Shown piece by piece: positions 31,777 to 42,571 of a stretch of DNA of 64,000 nt (position 1 is the stretch's first letter; the number at the start of each line of letters is the position of its first letter). The stretch covers positions 288,001 to 352,000 of the forward strand of contig OZ242221.1 in the NCBI GenBank assembly GCA_965206845.1, given 5' to 3'. This DNA comes from Cenarchaeum sp. (GTDB lineage: Archaea; Thermoproteota; Nitrososphaeria; Nitrososphaerales; Nitrosopumilaceae). The translations under genes and the position numbers were made by a program. The notes beneath the pieces were generated by a model. It did not search any database. It was not told where the DNA came from and saw only the letters and a program-made list of their open reading frames with translations.

Positions 31777-34083
31777 TCAGTCCAGCAGGACGACGGGCCT
31801 CGAGGAGGAGTCAAGCACGCTCTGCGCCACATGGCCGATCTTCGAGGAGGACCTTCCCAGGCCCTTTTTGCCGATAATTATCATATCTACCTTTAGCGAG
31901 TCCGCAAGCTTGACAATCTTCTCTGACGGGTTTCCCAGCTTTACGATCCGCTGGTAGTCGCCGATTTGCTTGGGCACCGCAACGCTTCTGAGGACCATCC
32001 TTCCCTCGTCCATGACCTGTTTTGTAAGGTCCATGTCGACGCCCCTGTCGTCCTCGTCGGCCCACTCGATCACATGAACCATGTATACCCTTACCCGAAC
32101 CATGCCGCGGAAGAAGTAGTTGGCGTGGTAGAGCGCCTTGAGCGAGTTTGCAGAGCCGTCTACGGGGATCAGGATCTTCACGATCGCATAGTCAGGGCTG
32201 TCCGAGGCCTGGCCGTACTGCCCCACTACGTCTGCGTCCATGGTCGCCCTGTGGAAGATGCCATAGATGCTGTGTCTGGCCTCGATCATTGGCAGCAGGA
32301 TTATGACTCCCGCCGCGCCAAACGCCCACACAATGGCAAGTGACACCCAGAGGTGGAACGACTGCTCGTCAAAGACAAACTCGGAGAGGAAGAAGCTCGA
32401 GGGCCACACAACGACAAGAAAGACGGTTATCGAGAACCCGACCCTCTTGCAGAAGCTCAGGGAGCGCTTTAGGAACTCCTCATCAGTGTCATGCTGCATC
32501 ATGGAGCGGATCTTGTCATCCACGACTACGATCTTCTGCCGGATGATGTCAAAGTTAAAGTTCTCAGGTATTATCAGGCTCCCGACAAGCGTGATTCCAA
32601 CGCTGACCAGGATGGATGTGATGTTGCCTATCAGCAGCGGGAGTATGTTTCCGGTCGAGGATAACGTAATCTCGCCAAACATCAGATTTGCGGTCAGGAA
32701 CCAGCTCAGAACCCCCGATGCCAGTCCCACCAGGGCCGCGCCGGTGGCGGCGTGCCGGTTGGTCTTCTTCCACAGGAGAGCAAAGGAGATGGGAGCCACG
32801 GCGGATCCCACCAGAATGCCCATCATCAGGTAGACGTACTGCAGGCTGACCCCGAACTGGAACAGTATGGATGCCAGCGCGCCCATCCCTACGCCAAAGA
32901 CCAGGATTGTAATCCGGGAGATCCTGATGAGCTCCCTGCCCGAGGCAGACGGCTTGAAGTAGGTTCGAAAGACGTCATACGTCATCAGCGATGAGACGCT
33001 TATCAGCTGGGAGGATCCCGCCGCCACTACCGCGGTAAACACTATCGTCAGAATCAGGATTGCCCCCAGGTCCCCCATTATGTGCTCGGCGGCGGTGGGG
33101 GCCACAAGTCCAAGATCAATCTGATCATCTGACAGCGTAACCCCGGTGGCAATGGCGGCAAGGCCAAGCGTTGTTGCCAGGGTGAACGGGATGGCAAACC
33201 ACACCAGCCCCCCGATGATAAATCCCCTGGTTGCCGCCCGCGGCCGGGCCGCAATCGCCCGCTGCCAGTACGACTGGTCGACAAAGACTGTTCCAAAGTT
33301 TCCCACTATGTTGATGATGCCAAAGATTAGTGCCCCGACGGACACCAGGGTAAGGTAGGTTCCCTGCAGGTTGCCCTCCACCGGGCTGAGGGTCGAGGCC
33401 TGGACAAGCTTGTCGTACATTCCCGGGATTCCTCCGATGTCCGGGGTCACAAAGTAGATCACGACCACAAAGATCAGGACAACCACAAAGATGAACGACG
33501 TGTTGAGGTATTCGGCAAAGAACGTGGCCTTGAGCCCCCCAAACACGGTGTAAAAGATTATCCCCAGCGGGATCAGGAACGCGGCAATTGTGATGTCGAC
33601 GCCGGTAAGCGAGTTCACCACCGCGGCGCCGCCAAGGACCAGCATTGCAGTAACGATGGTGTTGGTCATCAGCCCAAAGCACAAAAAGACCTTGTGGGCA
33701 TGCTTGCCAAACCTCACATAGAGCATCTCTGGAAATGTGTGGGTCATCGGCGCCTTGCGCTTCAGCTCGACTGCGAGGATTGAGAACAGGATCACCTGTA
33801 TGCTTGCGCCTGCGGCATACCAGAACGAGCCCCCGATGCCAAACTCAAAGGTCACCGTGGATGACTGGAGCAGCGTGGCGGCCCACGTCCAGGCAGAGAC
33901 GATGGATGATGCGATCAGTCCCGTCTTGATGGTTCTGCCGGCGGTGTAGAACCACTCGGACGTCTTTCTTGTCCCAAGCCACTTGGTCTCTGCCTTTACC
34001 ATCAGGGTAACGGCCAGAGCCATTACCGCTCCAACGCCAATGAGCACTAGGTATCCTACGTTCTCAGACAGGATGCTGGACAT
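31777..34083 (-). CDS. Second DUR3-like urea transporter fused to a C-terminal universal stress protein domain
   Basis: Same SSS motifs as 20372-22357, plus KILIPVDGS...IIIGKKG...GHVAQSVL...PVVLL. Confidence 0.92.
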   Translation of the reverse strand: MSSILSENVGYLVLIGVGAVMALAVTLMVKAETKWLGTRKTSEWFYTAGRTIKTGLIASSIVSAWTWAATLLQSSTVTFEFGIGGSFWYAAGASIQVILFSILAVELKRKAPMTHTFPEMLYVRFGKHAHKVFLCFGLMTNTIVTAMLVLGGAAVVNSLTGVDITIAAFLIPLGIIFYTVFGGLKATFFAEYLNTSFIFVVVLIFVVVIYFVTPDIGGIPGMYDKLVQASTLSPVEGNLQGTYLTLVSVGALIFGIINIVGNFGTVFVDQSYWQRAIAARPRAATRGFIIGGLVWFAIPFTLATTLGLAAIATGVTLSDDQIDLGLVAPTAAEHIMGDLGAILILTIVFTAVVAAGSSQLISVSSLMTYDVFRTYFKPSASGRELIRISRITILVFGVGMGALASILFQFGVSLQYVYLMMGILVGSAVAPISFALLWKKTNRHAATGAALVGLASGVLSWFLTANLMFGEITLSSTGNILPLLIGNITSILVSVGITLVGSLIIPENFNFDIIRQKIVVVDDKIRSMMQHDTDEEFLKRSLSFCKRVGFSITVFLVVVWPSSFFLSEFVFDEQSFHLWVSLAIVWAFGAAGVIILLPMIEARHSIYGIFHRATMDADVVGQYGQASDSPDYAIVKILIPVDGSANSLKALYHANYFFRGMVRVRVYMVHVIEWADEDDRGVDMDLTKQVMDEGRMVLRSVAVPKQIGDYQRIVKLGNPSEKIVKLADSLKVDMIIIGKKGLGRSSSKIGHVAQSVLDSSSRPVVLLD

Positions 34084-34289
34084 GGGCTATGTAAGGAGGC
34101 GCCGCACAGTATTAAAATTGCGCACGGGGATCGGCGCCCAGCCCCATACAGGCACATACCGGCGCATCCGGACCGGCCCTTGCACCCGATCCGGTGCGGC
34201 AGGCGGCCGCGCGCAGGACGCGGCGGGCCCGGCGCTGCGCCAGTCAGGATCGCTGCCCACCTTTTAAGTGACCGTGCCGTAGGTGCGGC

Positions 34290-34493
34290 ATGCGGGCAGG
34301 CATCGCGGTGGCAGGCATCATTGCCATCATCTCTGGCGCCGTTTTTCACCTGCAGGGGCAGGGGGTTGTCGGGCCCCAGAGCTCGTTCATGTACGCCAGC
34401 CCGCAGTGGGCAGACTATGGGCTGTACATCGCCATAGCGGGGCTTGCCGCGGTGGCGGCATGGGCTACAGGGCATGTCGCATCCCGCAGGTAG
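34290..34493 (+). CDS. Small two-TM membrane protein
   Basis: Hydrophobic pattern with a QGQGVVGPQSSFMY loop and TTTTAA upstream. Confidence 0.7.
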   Translation: MRAGIAVAGIIAIISGAVFHLQGQGVVGPQSSFMYASPQWADYGLYIAIAGLAAVAAWATGHVASRR

Positions 34494-34511
34494 CCTGCGC
34501 GGCGGCTCCCG

Positions 34512-35708
34512 CTAGAACCCGGCAAGTACCGGATCCCCTGGCTTGATTACCTCCCGGAGCAGCACGGTCGCAAATGATCCCCGGCCAAGAGTAAAGGCTG
34601 CCGCACTGCCGGATACCGCAAAGTCCTCGCACCGGATGACAGAGTCCCTGAACCCGCCCTCGCCACTGACCTCCTGCAGCTCCTTTATGAAAAAGTCCCG
34701 GTGTGAGATCTCCTCCTGCTGCAGTATGTCAGAGACGTAATAGTCGAACCTGGTTTTTTTATAGTACGAGTAGCCCACCATCGGCACCGCAAGCCGCTGG
34801 CCCAGGCCCGGCGCGAACTTGCCCAGGGAGCTGCTTCGGTCATAGCAGACATCTGACGGCTGCGCGGAGAAGAGATCCTCTCCGCAGTCAAACGCCGCGG
34901 ACACGGTCCGGTTGAACAGGTATGACTGGTAGGCCTGGACGTACATCCTGCGGATCTGGACGGGCACTGCCCTCAGCGAGGCTAGGGGGTCGCCGTGCCG
35001 AATCATCTCCGCCAGGACCGCCCGCTCGATATCCATGCGCGCAGGCATCCTCTGCAGCACGCGGGCATAGTTTGCGCTGTCCAGAAGATCCCGGCGTATT
35101 GCCGTGTTCTCCTCAGAGTCGTACGGGGAAGTGAATGCCAGGATGTGCTCCACAGCACCCGCAAAGTCCCTCTGCACGATCGCCTTCCCAACCAGGTGGG
35201 TAACGGCCCGCCGCGAGCCAAACCTCTGGTAGCCGTAAAAGTTGAGCACCCTGTCCGCCTCGGCAAAGTCACCCAGCCGCCCGTCGTGTCCGGAGACCCG
35301 GATGGTAAACCTGTTTCCGACCATGTCCTTTTTGGTCAGCGGTCTCTTTGTGTATCCTACCCTAGTAAGCGAGAACTTGTCTGACTCGAAGCTGACAACC
35401 GACCTGGATCTGTTCATTGCGCAGACGTATTGCCGGGTCTCTGCATGGGCGTCCTTGAGGCCCAGGGCCTTGAGCCTCAGTCCCTTCAGCCGAAGAATTC
35501 CACCCAGGGCATGGTTTGTGTCGATGCCCTTCTTCCTTAGAATGTAGACTGCGTAGCCGTCGTCCTCCTTTATCCGTGAGGAGGCAGCCGGAGAGATGAT
35601 CTCCTCCACCTCAAAGTCGTCGGGGCCGGTTCTTATCCTCCCGCCGCACCCGGCAAAGGACGTGCTGTATGTGCCTATCCCTATATCCCTGTCCAGATCA
35701 GGTATCAT
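34512..35708 (-). CDS. truD: tRNA pseudouridine(13) synthase
   Basis: DFEVEE, GLKD, GNRF, NFYGYQRFG, QSYLFN and GSFATVLLRE motifs. Confidence 0.93.
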   Translation of the reverse strand: MIPDLDRDIGIGTYSTSFAGCGGRIRTGPDDFEVEEIISPAASSRIKEDDGYAVYILRKKGIDTNHALGGILRLKGLRLKALGLKDAHAETRQYVCAMNRSRSVVSFESDKFSLTRVGYTKRPLTKKDMVGNRFTIRVSGHDGRLGDFAEADRVLNFYGYQRFGSRRAVTHLVGKAIVQRDFAGAVEHILAFTSPYDSEENTAIRRDLLDSANYARVLQRMPARMDIERAVLAEMIRHGDPLASLRAVPVQIRRMYVQAYQSYLFNRTVSAAFDCGEDLFSAQPSDVCYDRSSSLGKFAPGLGQRLAVPMVGYSYYKKTRFDYYVSDILQQEEISHRDFFIKELQEVSGEGGFRDSVIRCEDFAVSGSAAAFTLGRGSFATVLLREVIKPGDPVLAGF

Positions 35709-35774
35709 GTGGTGCGCCTGCAGGGTCCGGGCTTTATTTCATGCCAGGCCGCAGCCCTGCGGACGGGGGCACAG

Positions 35775-36218
35775 CTACAGGTCTTTTGTAAACGACAGCG
35801 ATGACTGCTCAAATCCCAGATCCTCGTAGAAGCGGTGCGACGATATGCGGCTGTTTCCGGACTCGAGGCGAATCCTGTGGCATCCGTTCTCCCTTGCAAG
35901 CCTGACACAGGAGTCGATCAGCTCCCTGCCTACGCCCTGCCGCCTGCTCCCCCTGCAGACCACAAGCTCCGGCACGTACATCTCGGGGCTGGTCCGGTTA
36001 AGGCGCGGCAGAAGCATCACCGCAACCACGCCCGCAACCTCGGAGCCGTCGGCCGTCGCCACGAGTATGCCCTTGTCGTCGTCTGCGATGTATCCCTTTA
36101 TCATGTCCCCAAAGGCATCGGCGTCTGAGGCCGCACCTGGCCTTGGCCGCCCGAGCTCATACAAGAGCTCAAGTATGGCAGGAACGTCCCCCGCCGATGC
36201 CTCCCTTACAGATACCAT
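35775..36218 (-). CDS. GNAT-family acetyltransferase
   Basis: RRQGVGRELI acetyl-CoA motif and HRFYEDLGF. Confidence 0.9.
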   Translation of the reverse strand: MVSVREASAGDVPAILELLYELGRPRPGAASDADAFGDMIKGYIADDDKGILVATADGSEVAGVVAVMLLPRLNRTSPEMYVPELVVCRGSRRQGVGRELIDSCVRLARENGCHRIRLESGNSRISSHRFYEDLGFEQSSLSFTKDL

Positions 36219-36264
36219 GTCCACCAAGATCCAGTACCCGGCAGTACCCCTACGGCAACCATGG

Positions 36265-37878
36265 TCACAGTACCTGGGGCGGAACGCTCAGCGTGAAGTA
36301 CTTGGATACCGCTATCTCGTCGTTCTGCGCTCCAACAAGCACCTTGTAGGTGCCGCCTGAGGCGTCGGCGCTAATGTTCGCGGTCACGATTACCGTGCCG
36401 TCAGAGCCCCGGACGTACTCCCCGTACGAGAGATCAAGCTCCCCGGCAGACGGGTTTCCCACGGACACCCGGATGTCCCCGGCATAGCCAGGGGCAGGCG
36501 CAATCTGCACCACAATCTCCACGCTCTCGCCGGATCTGGCCCTTACCGCATCGGACACGACATCCACCTGGAATGGCAGCGCCACCGAGGTGTCCACAAC
36601 GCCGATGTTGTTCTCGACCCACTCGGTGAACCATATCTTGTCCCCGCTGACGGTAAATCCGAACACCTGTGCCAGTCCGCAGTCCGGTATGTCCCCGCAG
36701 TCACCCCAGTGCGGGTTCTTTGACGGCACCAGGTACTCGACCAGGGACTCGTCTCGGGGATCAAACACCGCAATCCTGTTTCCCGTCTGCTCGTTGAATA
36801 CAAGCCTTCCCTGGTCGTCTAGCGCGGTCCAGTACGGCCGGGTTACCGTGGAGTGTATGAGTCCCGAGGCGTTGCCGTACGTGGATGGCGGCGGGATCGA
36901 CGTGACGTACCGGGTAAAGTCCTCAGAGCCGGGATCAAACCTGAAGAAGTAGCTGCTGGAGGTGTCTGCAATCCAGACCGCGTCGTTGCCATCCACCGTC
37001 AGGCCGTTGGGCGTGGTGAGTCCCGGCGGCAGCGGGTACAGCGTGATGGAGTCGGAGATGGCGGTAGCGTTTTGCGCAATGACGCTGCTGGCGCGATCCT
37101 GATCAAACTTGACCAGCACGCCGCTCTGCAGGTACACCCAGTTGGTGTACCAGAGGTTGTTGCTCGAGTCCACGTCAAACCCCCCGGTCAGCGAGTTTGG
37201 TACAGGGGACGGAAGGTCGCGATAGGCCACGTTGGATCTGCTGAGATCGCTGCTCAGAAACGTGATCTTGCTTCCCTGAAAGTCGTTCACTACAAGCTCG
37301 TCGCCCATCACCACCAGCCTCTGGGGCAGCGGACTCTCCGCATCCGACGGGTAGGGCACGCGCAGGTACTCCTGATCCACGGTAGAGAACCGCCAGACCG
37401 ACGAGTACGTCGCGTCGGTGTACCAGATGTTGCCGTTCCCGTCATAGTCCATTCCCCACATCATGGATCGCCCCCCCTCGGGCCAGAGCGTGTTGCTGTA
37501 CTCGATGAACCTCTCAGATACCGGGTTGAACTTTGCCACCCTGCCGGCGGCCGTCTGTGCAAACCAGACCTGTCCCGCATCGTCTGTGGCAATGGCCAGC
37601 GGCTGCGTGCACTTGGAGGGAATCCTGTACTCCTTTACGTACGTGCCGGACTGCGGCTCGCCGGTGCCGCAGAACTGTTCTGTCTGGGCACCGGTGGTGT
37701 CTGTCACGGAAGGATCCGCAGGATCCTGGGTATCCGGGCTCCCGCCTTGGGGCGCTATGCCCGGGATTGCAATCACCACCCCAGATGTAACCATTATGCC
37801 ACCCATAAACACAAAGAGGATAATTCCCTTGACCTGTCTTTTCACAAAATACAGGTAGCGGGCTCTGTTATATCTCAT
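36265..37878 (-). CDS. Membrane-anchored Vgb-lyase-like beta-propeller protein
   Basis: N-terminal TM helix and repeated DxxGxVWF/YT blades. Start uncertain. Confidence 0.8.
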   Translation of the reverse strand: MRYNRARYLYFVKRQVKGIILFVFMGGIMVTSGVVIAIPGIAPQGGSPDTQDPADPSVTDTTGAQTEQFCGTGEPQSGTYVKEYRIPSKCTQPLAIATDDAGQVWFAQTAAGRVAKFNPVSERFIEYSNTLWPEGGRSMMWGMDYDGNGNIWYTDATYSSVWRFSTVDQEYLRVPYPSDAESPLPQRLVVMGDELVVNDFQGSKITFLSSDLSRSNVAYRDLPSPVPNSLTGGFDVDSSNNLWYTNWVYLQSGVLVKFDQDRASSVIAQNATAISDSITLYPLPPGLTTPNGLTVDGNDAVWIADTSSSYFFRFDPGSEDFTRYVTSIPPPSTYGNASGLIHSTVTRPYWTALDDQGRLVFNEQTGNRIAVFDPRDESLVEYLVPSKNPHWGDCGDIPDCGLAQVFGFTVSGDKIWFTEWVENNIGVVDTSVALPFQVDVVSDAVRARSGESVEIVVQIAPAPGYAGDIRVSVGNPSAGELDLSYGEYVRGSDGTVIVTANISADASGGTYKVLVGAQNDEIAVSKYFTLSVPPQVL

Positions 37879-37962
37879 TGGGAGTCGCATGGACCCGTCC
37901 GGGAACGGCCGGGCAGGTCTTCACGCCTGGCCAGGCACGGCAGGCGGCGTATCGCCTCCCGC

Positions 37963-38316
37963 TCAGAGCAGCTTCAGATCCCCGGTAATCCTGTCGAGCT
38001 GCTCCTCCGGGGCAGGCCCTATGGAGACGCAGGTGACGGTGCCCGGCGTTATCTGGGTAAGGCCCGCATCGGTCACCTTGGACCAGGGCAGCCCCAGCTC
38101 CGCTGCGGCCCGAACGATATCCTCCAGCTCCCGGGGGCCGGGAACCCTTACCACCACCTTTGCCTGCCCGGACCACCACAGCGAGAACCACTGAGGATGG
38201 TGCTCCCTTGCGCGCTCCGCACCCAGAACGCAGGCATGGCCCACCTGGGCTGCGATCTTTCCCCTGCCCATCTTCAGATCGGTTCTCACCGCAATGACCT
38301 GCTTTATCACATGCAC
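37963..38316 (-). CDS. pth2: Peptidyl-tRNA hydrolase 2
   Basis: KQVIAVRTDLKMGRGKIAAQVGHA, DAGLTQ and IGPAP motifs. Start approximate. Confidence 0.93.
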   Translation of the reverse strand: MHVIKQVIAVRTDLKMGRGKIAAQVGHACVLGAERAREHHPQWFSLWWSGQAKVVVRVPGPRELEDIVRAAAELGLPWSKVTDAGLTQITPGTVTCVSIGPAPEEQLDRITGDLKLL

Positions 38317-38377
38317 AATGGGGCGGACATCTTGAAAAACTTGTAAATTAAATAATTGAGCCAAAAGGGTACAAAAT

Positions 38378-39511
38378 ATGCACTACGATGTGGTTGTGGC
38401 AGGCGGATCCGTGGCCGGCCTCCTCTGCGCCCGGGAGGCCGCAAGGGGCGGCCACAGCGTGCTTGTCCTGGAAAAGGGCCACGAGGTCGGGAGTCCCGAG
38501 CACTGCGGCGGCTTGGTCAGCACGGGCGCCCTGGAGGAGCTGGGGGTGGTGCCCGGCCTCGGGGTGTTTGGCGGCATGATAGAACGGGCAGACATATTTG
38601 CCCCCGGCGGAGGACGGCTCACCATAAACCCGAAGGGGTGCCAGGTGGCAGAGATCAGCCGGCGGGAGCTGGACAAGCAGATCGCAGGCCAGGCACACGA
38701 CAGCGGGGCGGAGATCCGCGTGGGCAGCCACGTCCTGCAGGTTACCGGCGATGGGGTGCGCACCGCCGAGGGAGAGATCCGGGCCAGGGTCACCGTTGAC
38801 GCCCGGGGCGTCGCATCCCTCACGCACGGGGACAGGGCAGGCATCATCCCCTGCGCGCAGTACGAGGTGCATGCCCCCTGGATAGAGAGGAGGGTCGAGG
38901 TCCACCTGGATCAGGCAAGGTACCCTGGGTTCTTTGCGTGGGTGATCCCGTCGTCGTCCGGTACAGGGAAGGTCGGGGTCGCAGGACGGGCCATCAACGC
39001 CGCGGCCGCGCTAGACGAGTTTCTGAAGTCAAGGGGCAAGTTCTCCACGATACGGAGGATCTTTGCTCCCGTCTGGATCGGGGGGCCGCTGAAGAGGTTT
39101 GTCGCAGGCACCACGGTGACTGTGGGGGACGCCGCGGGGCAGGCCAAGCCCACCACAGCAGGAGGGATATACTCTTGCGGCATGGGTGGGATTCTGGCAG
39201 GGCAGGCCATATCAAAATTTCTGGACTCCGGGGATCATGAAGACCTGAAGCGGTACCAGACGGAGTGGCTGCGCAGGTTCGGCAGGGAGTTTGAGAGGCA
39301 GAGGAAGGCAAGAAGGCTGCTGGAGAGGCTGGACAACGACGCCATCGACAGGCTCTTTGACGGGATCACTCCGGAGGCGGTTCGGGAGATGTCGCAGAGG
39401 GATGACTTTGACTTTCACGCGGCATCCATCATCCGGCTGCTGGGCGCCCGGGGAGTCGTCAGTGCCGCCGGAGCGGTCATCGGATCGGAGATTCGCAAGG
39501 TGCGCGGCTAG
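38378..39511 (+). CDS. Geranylgeranyl-reductase-family FAD oxidoreductase
   Basis: N-terminal Rossmann motif, CGG, FAWVIP and GDAAGQAKPTTAGGI. Confidence 0.87.
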   Translation: MHYDVVVAGGSVAGLLCAREAARGGHSVLVLEKGHEVGSPEHCGGLVSTGALEELGVVPGLGVFGGMIERADIFAPGGGRLTINPKGCQVAEISRRELDKQIAGQAHDSGAEIRVGSHVLQVTGDGVRTAEGEIRARVTVDARGVASLTHGDRAGIIPCAQYEVHAPWIERRVEVHLDQARYPGFFAWVIPSSSGTGKVGVAGRAINAAAALDEFLKSRGKFSTIRRIFAPVWIGGPLKRFVAGTTVTVGDAAGQAKPTTAGGIYSCGMGGILAGQAISKFLDSGDHEDLKRYQTEWLRRFGREFERQRKARRLLERLDNDAIDRLFDGITPEAVREMSQRDDFDFHAASIIRLLGARGVVSAAGAVIGSEIRKVRG

Positions 39512-39624
39512 GCGGCGCCCGTGCCGGCCGCCATGCCGCACACAGCCGTCCCCGTTCCGGTGCGCGCAGGCGGCATCGTGCACATCGGATAAGGTATAAA
39601 TGAACCGTGTACGTGCCTGACAAC

Positions 39625-39804
39625 ATGTCATTTACCATATCGCTTCCCATGTGCAGCTGCTGCAGGAGATACATAATGCCAAACGACAAATGCGTAAAGT
39701 TCGACTGCCCCAGCTGCGGCGGCAGCCTGATCTGGAGATGCCAAAGCTGCCGGGATGCGGCAAGAAACTACACATGTGGCAAGTGTGACTTTATGGGTCC
39801 TTAA
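39625..39804 (+). CDS. Archaeal zinc-ribbon protein (DUF1610-like)
   Basis: [15 protein letters not shown] and [11 protein letters not shown]. Sits in its usual position before EF-1beta. Confidence 0.88.
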   Translation: MSFTISLPMCSCCRRYIMPNDKCVKFDCPSCGGSLIWRCQSCRDAARNYTCGKCDFMGP

Positions 39805-39806
39805 AG

Positions 39807-40088
39807 ATGGCACAGCTTCTCTTAATCGTAAAAATTTTGCCCGTAGGGGTGGAGATAGACCTAGAGCGGGTGACCGCAGACATCAAAGCCGCCCTCAAGG
39901 ATGGCATACAGATGAGACGGTACCAGAAGGAGCCGCTTGCATTCGGACTCGAGTACATCAAGGCCGAGTTCATACTATACGACAAGGAGGGACAGAGTGA
40001 CTCCTTGGAGGAAGCGATCAGATCTGTGTACGGCGTCAGTGAGCTCGAGGTCCTGAACATGAGCAGAATGTCCGTAGACATGAAATAG
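39807..40088 (+). CDS. ef1b: Archaeal elongation factor 1-beta
   Basis: KILP and EPLAFGL motifs, plus gene context. Confidence 0.9.
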   Translation: MAQLLLIVKILPVGVEIDLERVTADIKAALKDGIQMRRYQKEPLAFGLEYIKAEFILYDKEGQSDSLEEAIRSVYGVSELEVLNMSRMSVDMK

Positions 40089-40125
40089 GTGCTGCAGACT
40101 GGCACGAAGAGACGAGCCACTTCAA

Positions 40126-42270
40126 ATGCGAGTCGGTGAGGCAAAGCAGCGCGACGTAGGCAAGAAGCGCGCAAGGATAGGGCCGCAGGCCATGGTTCGC
40201 CTCAAGGCAACACCGGGGGATGTGGTGGAGATCGTCGGCTCACGGGCCAGCTGTGCCGTGGTGTGGCCCGCAGACGAGGATGAAAAGTACCCGGAGATAA
40301 TCAGGATAGACGGCCAGACAAGAAAGAACACGGGCGTGGCCCTGGATGACACCGTAAGCGTGAAGAAGACGGTTGGCAAGGTAGCAAAGTCCGTTGCGCT
40401 GATGCCGGTAAACAGCTCGGTGGCCGTGGACAAGGAGTTCACCGATTTTGTGAAGAGCAGGCTCAAGGGCATGCCGCTCTCCCACGGGGACGAGATATCG
40501 GTCATGATCCTAGGAAACTCGATCGACTTCAAGGTAAGCAAGGTGCTTCCCCGGAGCGTGGTAAAGATAGACCGCTCCACGAGTCTGACCATACTTGCCG
40601 AGACCGTTGGGGACAGGAAGGCCAAGGTCACCTACGAGGAGGTGGGCGGACTCCAGAACGAGGTAAAGGCCATGAGAGAGATAGTGGAGCTTCCGTTGCG
40701 GCACCCGGAGCTCTTCAGCAGGCTAGGAGTCGAGTCGCACAGTGGGATACTGCTCTACGGGCCGCCCGGCTGCGGGAAGACGCTGATCGCCAAGGTCTTG
40801 GCCAGCGAGTCCGAGGCAAGCATGTACTCGATCAACGGACCGGAGATCATGAACAAGTACTACGGGGAGACCGAGGCAAGGATCCGTGACATATTCAAGA
40901 ACGCAAGGGACAACTCGCCCAGCATCATATTCATTGACGAGATAGACGCCATTGCGCCCAAGCGCGAGGAGGCCTACGGTGATGTGGAGAAGCGAGTGGT
41001 GGCGCAGATCCTGGCCCTGATGGACGGACTGACGGAGCGTGGAAACGTTATAGTCCTGGGCGCCACCAACAGGCCCGACAGCGTCGATCCCGCCTTGAGG
41101 AGGCCCGGCCGGTTCGACCTGGAGGTGGAGATACAGGTGCCAAACACCGAGGGTAGGATCGAGATCCTCCACATACACACGAGGGGAATGCCCATTGCAG
41201 ACAACGTGAACCTGGAGGAGCTGGCATCAGAGCTCCACGGGTACACCGGCGCCGACATCAGATCCCTGTGCAGGGAAGCTGCCATGAAGGCGATCAGGAG
41301 GTACCTGCCGGAGATCGACCTGGAGACCGAGAGGATACCCTCAGAGACGCTGCAGTCCATGGAGATCAAGCTCGAGGACTTTTACAACGGGATGCACGAG
41401 GTCGTCCCCACGGCCATGCGGGAGTTTTACGTAGAGAGACCCAAGGTGTGGTGGAGTGACGTAGGCGGCCTGAACGATATCAAGCTGGAGCTGAGCGACA
41501 ACCTGATCGTCGCAATGCGCAATCCGGAAAAGTTTCACAGTATCGGCATCAAGCCGCCCAAGGGAGCCCTGATCTACGGGCCCCCCGGATGCGGAAAGAC
41601 GCTTCTTGCCAGGGCCATGGCGACCGAGAGCGGCGCCAACATGATTCTGGTACGGGGGCCGGAGATACTCTCAAAGTGGATGGGGGAGGCCGAGAAGGCG
41701 ATAAGGGAGATATTCCGCAAGGCAAAGGCGTCGTCGCCGTGCGTGGTAATCTTTGACGAGATGGACTCGCTGGCGCGCTTCAAGACTGATGAGGGGGGCA
41801 GCATGCGCGAGACCATCCTAAGCCAGCTGCTCACGGAGATCGAGGAGGGCGTCTCGTCCCGGGTGGTGGTGATCGGGATCACAAACAGGCCGGATCTGCT
41901 GGACAACTCGCTTCTGCGCACCGGCAGGCTGGACCTGAGGCTGTATGTGCCGCCGCCCGACGAGAAGGGAAGGCTGGAGATCATAAAGATACTGACAAGC
42001 AAGATGCCGCTGGCATCTGACGTAAAGCTGCAGGAGATTGCGGTAACGACCCAGCACTACACCGGCTCTGACCTGGCCGCCCTGTGCCGGGAGGCTGCAA
42101 TAGACGCCATGCGGTGCGGCACGGACAAGATCGCAGGCGCGAGCTTTGCCAGGTCCATCAAAAAGATCAGGCCCACCGTGACCAAGGAGATGAACCAGTG
42201 GTACAGCTCCGTGGGCGAGATGATGTCCAACGTGGTGCCACAACATATAGAGAGGCCGTACTACAGGTAG
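40126..42270 (+). CDS. cdc48: CDC48/VCP-family AAA ATPase
   Basis: N domain plus two AAA modules (GPPGCGKT twice, FIDE and IFDE, RRPGRFD). Confidence 0.95.
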   Translation: MRVGEAKQRDVGKKRARIGPQAMVRLKATPGDVVEIVGSRASCAVVWPADEDEKYPEIIRIDGQTRKNTGVALDDTVSVKKTVGKVAKSVALMPVNSSVAVDKEFTDFVKSRLKGMPLSHGDEISVMILGNSIDFKVSKVLPRSVVKIDRSTSLTILAETVGDRKAKVTYEEVGGLQNEVKAMREIVELPLRHPELFSRLGVESHSGILLYGPPGCGKTLIAKVLASESEASMYSINGPEIMNKYYGETEARIRDIFKNARDNSPSIIFIDEIDAIAPKREEAYGDVEKRVVAQILALMDGLTERGNVIVLGATNRPDSVDPALRRPGRFDLEVEIQVPNTEGRIEILHIHTRGMPIADNVNLEELASELHGYTGADIRSLCREAAMKAIRRYLPEIDLETERIPSETLQSMEIKLEDFYNGMHEVVPTAMREFYVERPKVWWSDVGGLNDIKLELSDNLIVAMRNPEKFHSIGIKPPKGALIYGPPGCGKTLLARAMATESGANMILVRGPEILSKWMGEAEKAIREIFRKAKASSPCVVIFDEMDSLARFKTDEGGSMRETILSQLLTEIEEGVSSRVVVIGITNRPDLLDNSLLRTGRLDLRLYVPPPDEKGRLEIIKILTSKMPLASDVKLQEIAVTTQHYTGSDLAALCREAAIDAMRCGTDKIAGASFARSIKKIRPTVTKEMNQWYSSVGEMMSNVVPQHIERPYYR

Positions 42271-42274
42271 CAAC

Positions 42275-42571
42275 ATGACCATACCGGTAAAGAACATCAT
42301 ATTTGACAAGATACACGATGCAGGCTCACTGACAGACAGCGAGCTCCTCAAGGCGCTTGCCAAGGACGATCGGGCGATTGCAGAGGACCGGTTCAACAAG
42401 CTGCTGCTGGATCTTGAGATAATGGGCCTCATCAAGGTATCATGGCTCTCAAAGGACGCCAGAAGGATAGAGGTCGTAGAGGAGAAGGTCGACGAGGACG
42501 AGGTGGATGCCAGCAACAGAAGGATGGAAGAGAGGGACTACGAGGCCAGCTTCCCCGGAGCCGGGCAGTAG
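42275..42571 (+). CDS. Small winged-helix-like conserved protein
   Basis: FNKLLLDLEIMGLIKVSW pattern, directly downstream of cdc48. Confidence 0.75.
   Translation: MTIPVKNIIFDKIHDAGSLTDSELLKALAKDDRAIAEDRFNKLLLDLEIMGLIKVSWLSKDARRIEVVEEKVDEDEVDASNRRMEERDYEASFPGAGQ

Noticed and set aside
36853-38346. 497-aa + strand ORF and similar long shadow ORFs (27957-28775, 47607-48416, 20363-21148)
   Set aside because: They are antisense to well-supported genes and have no motifs, as expected in GC-rich DNA.
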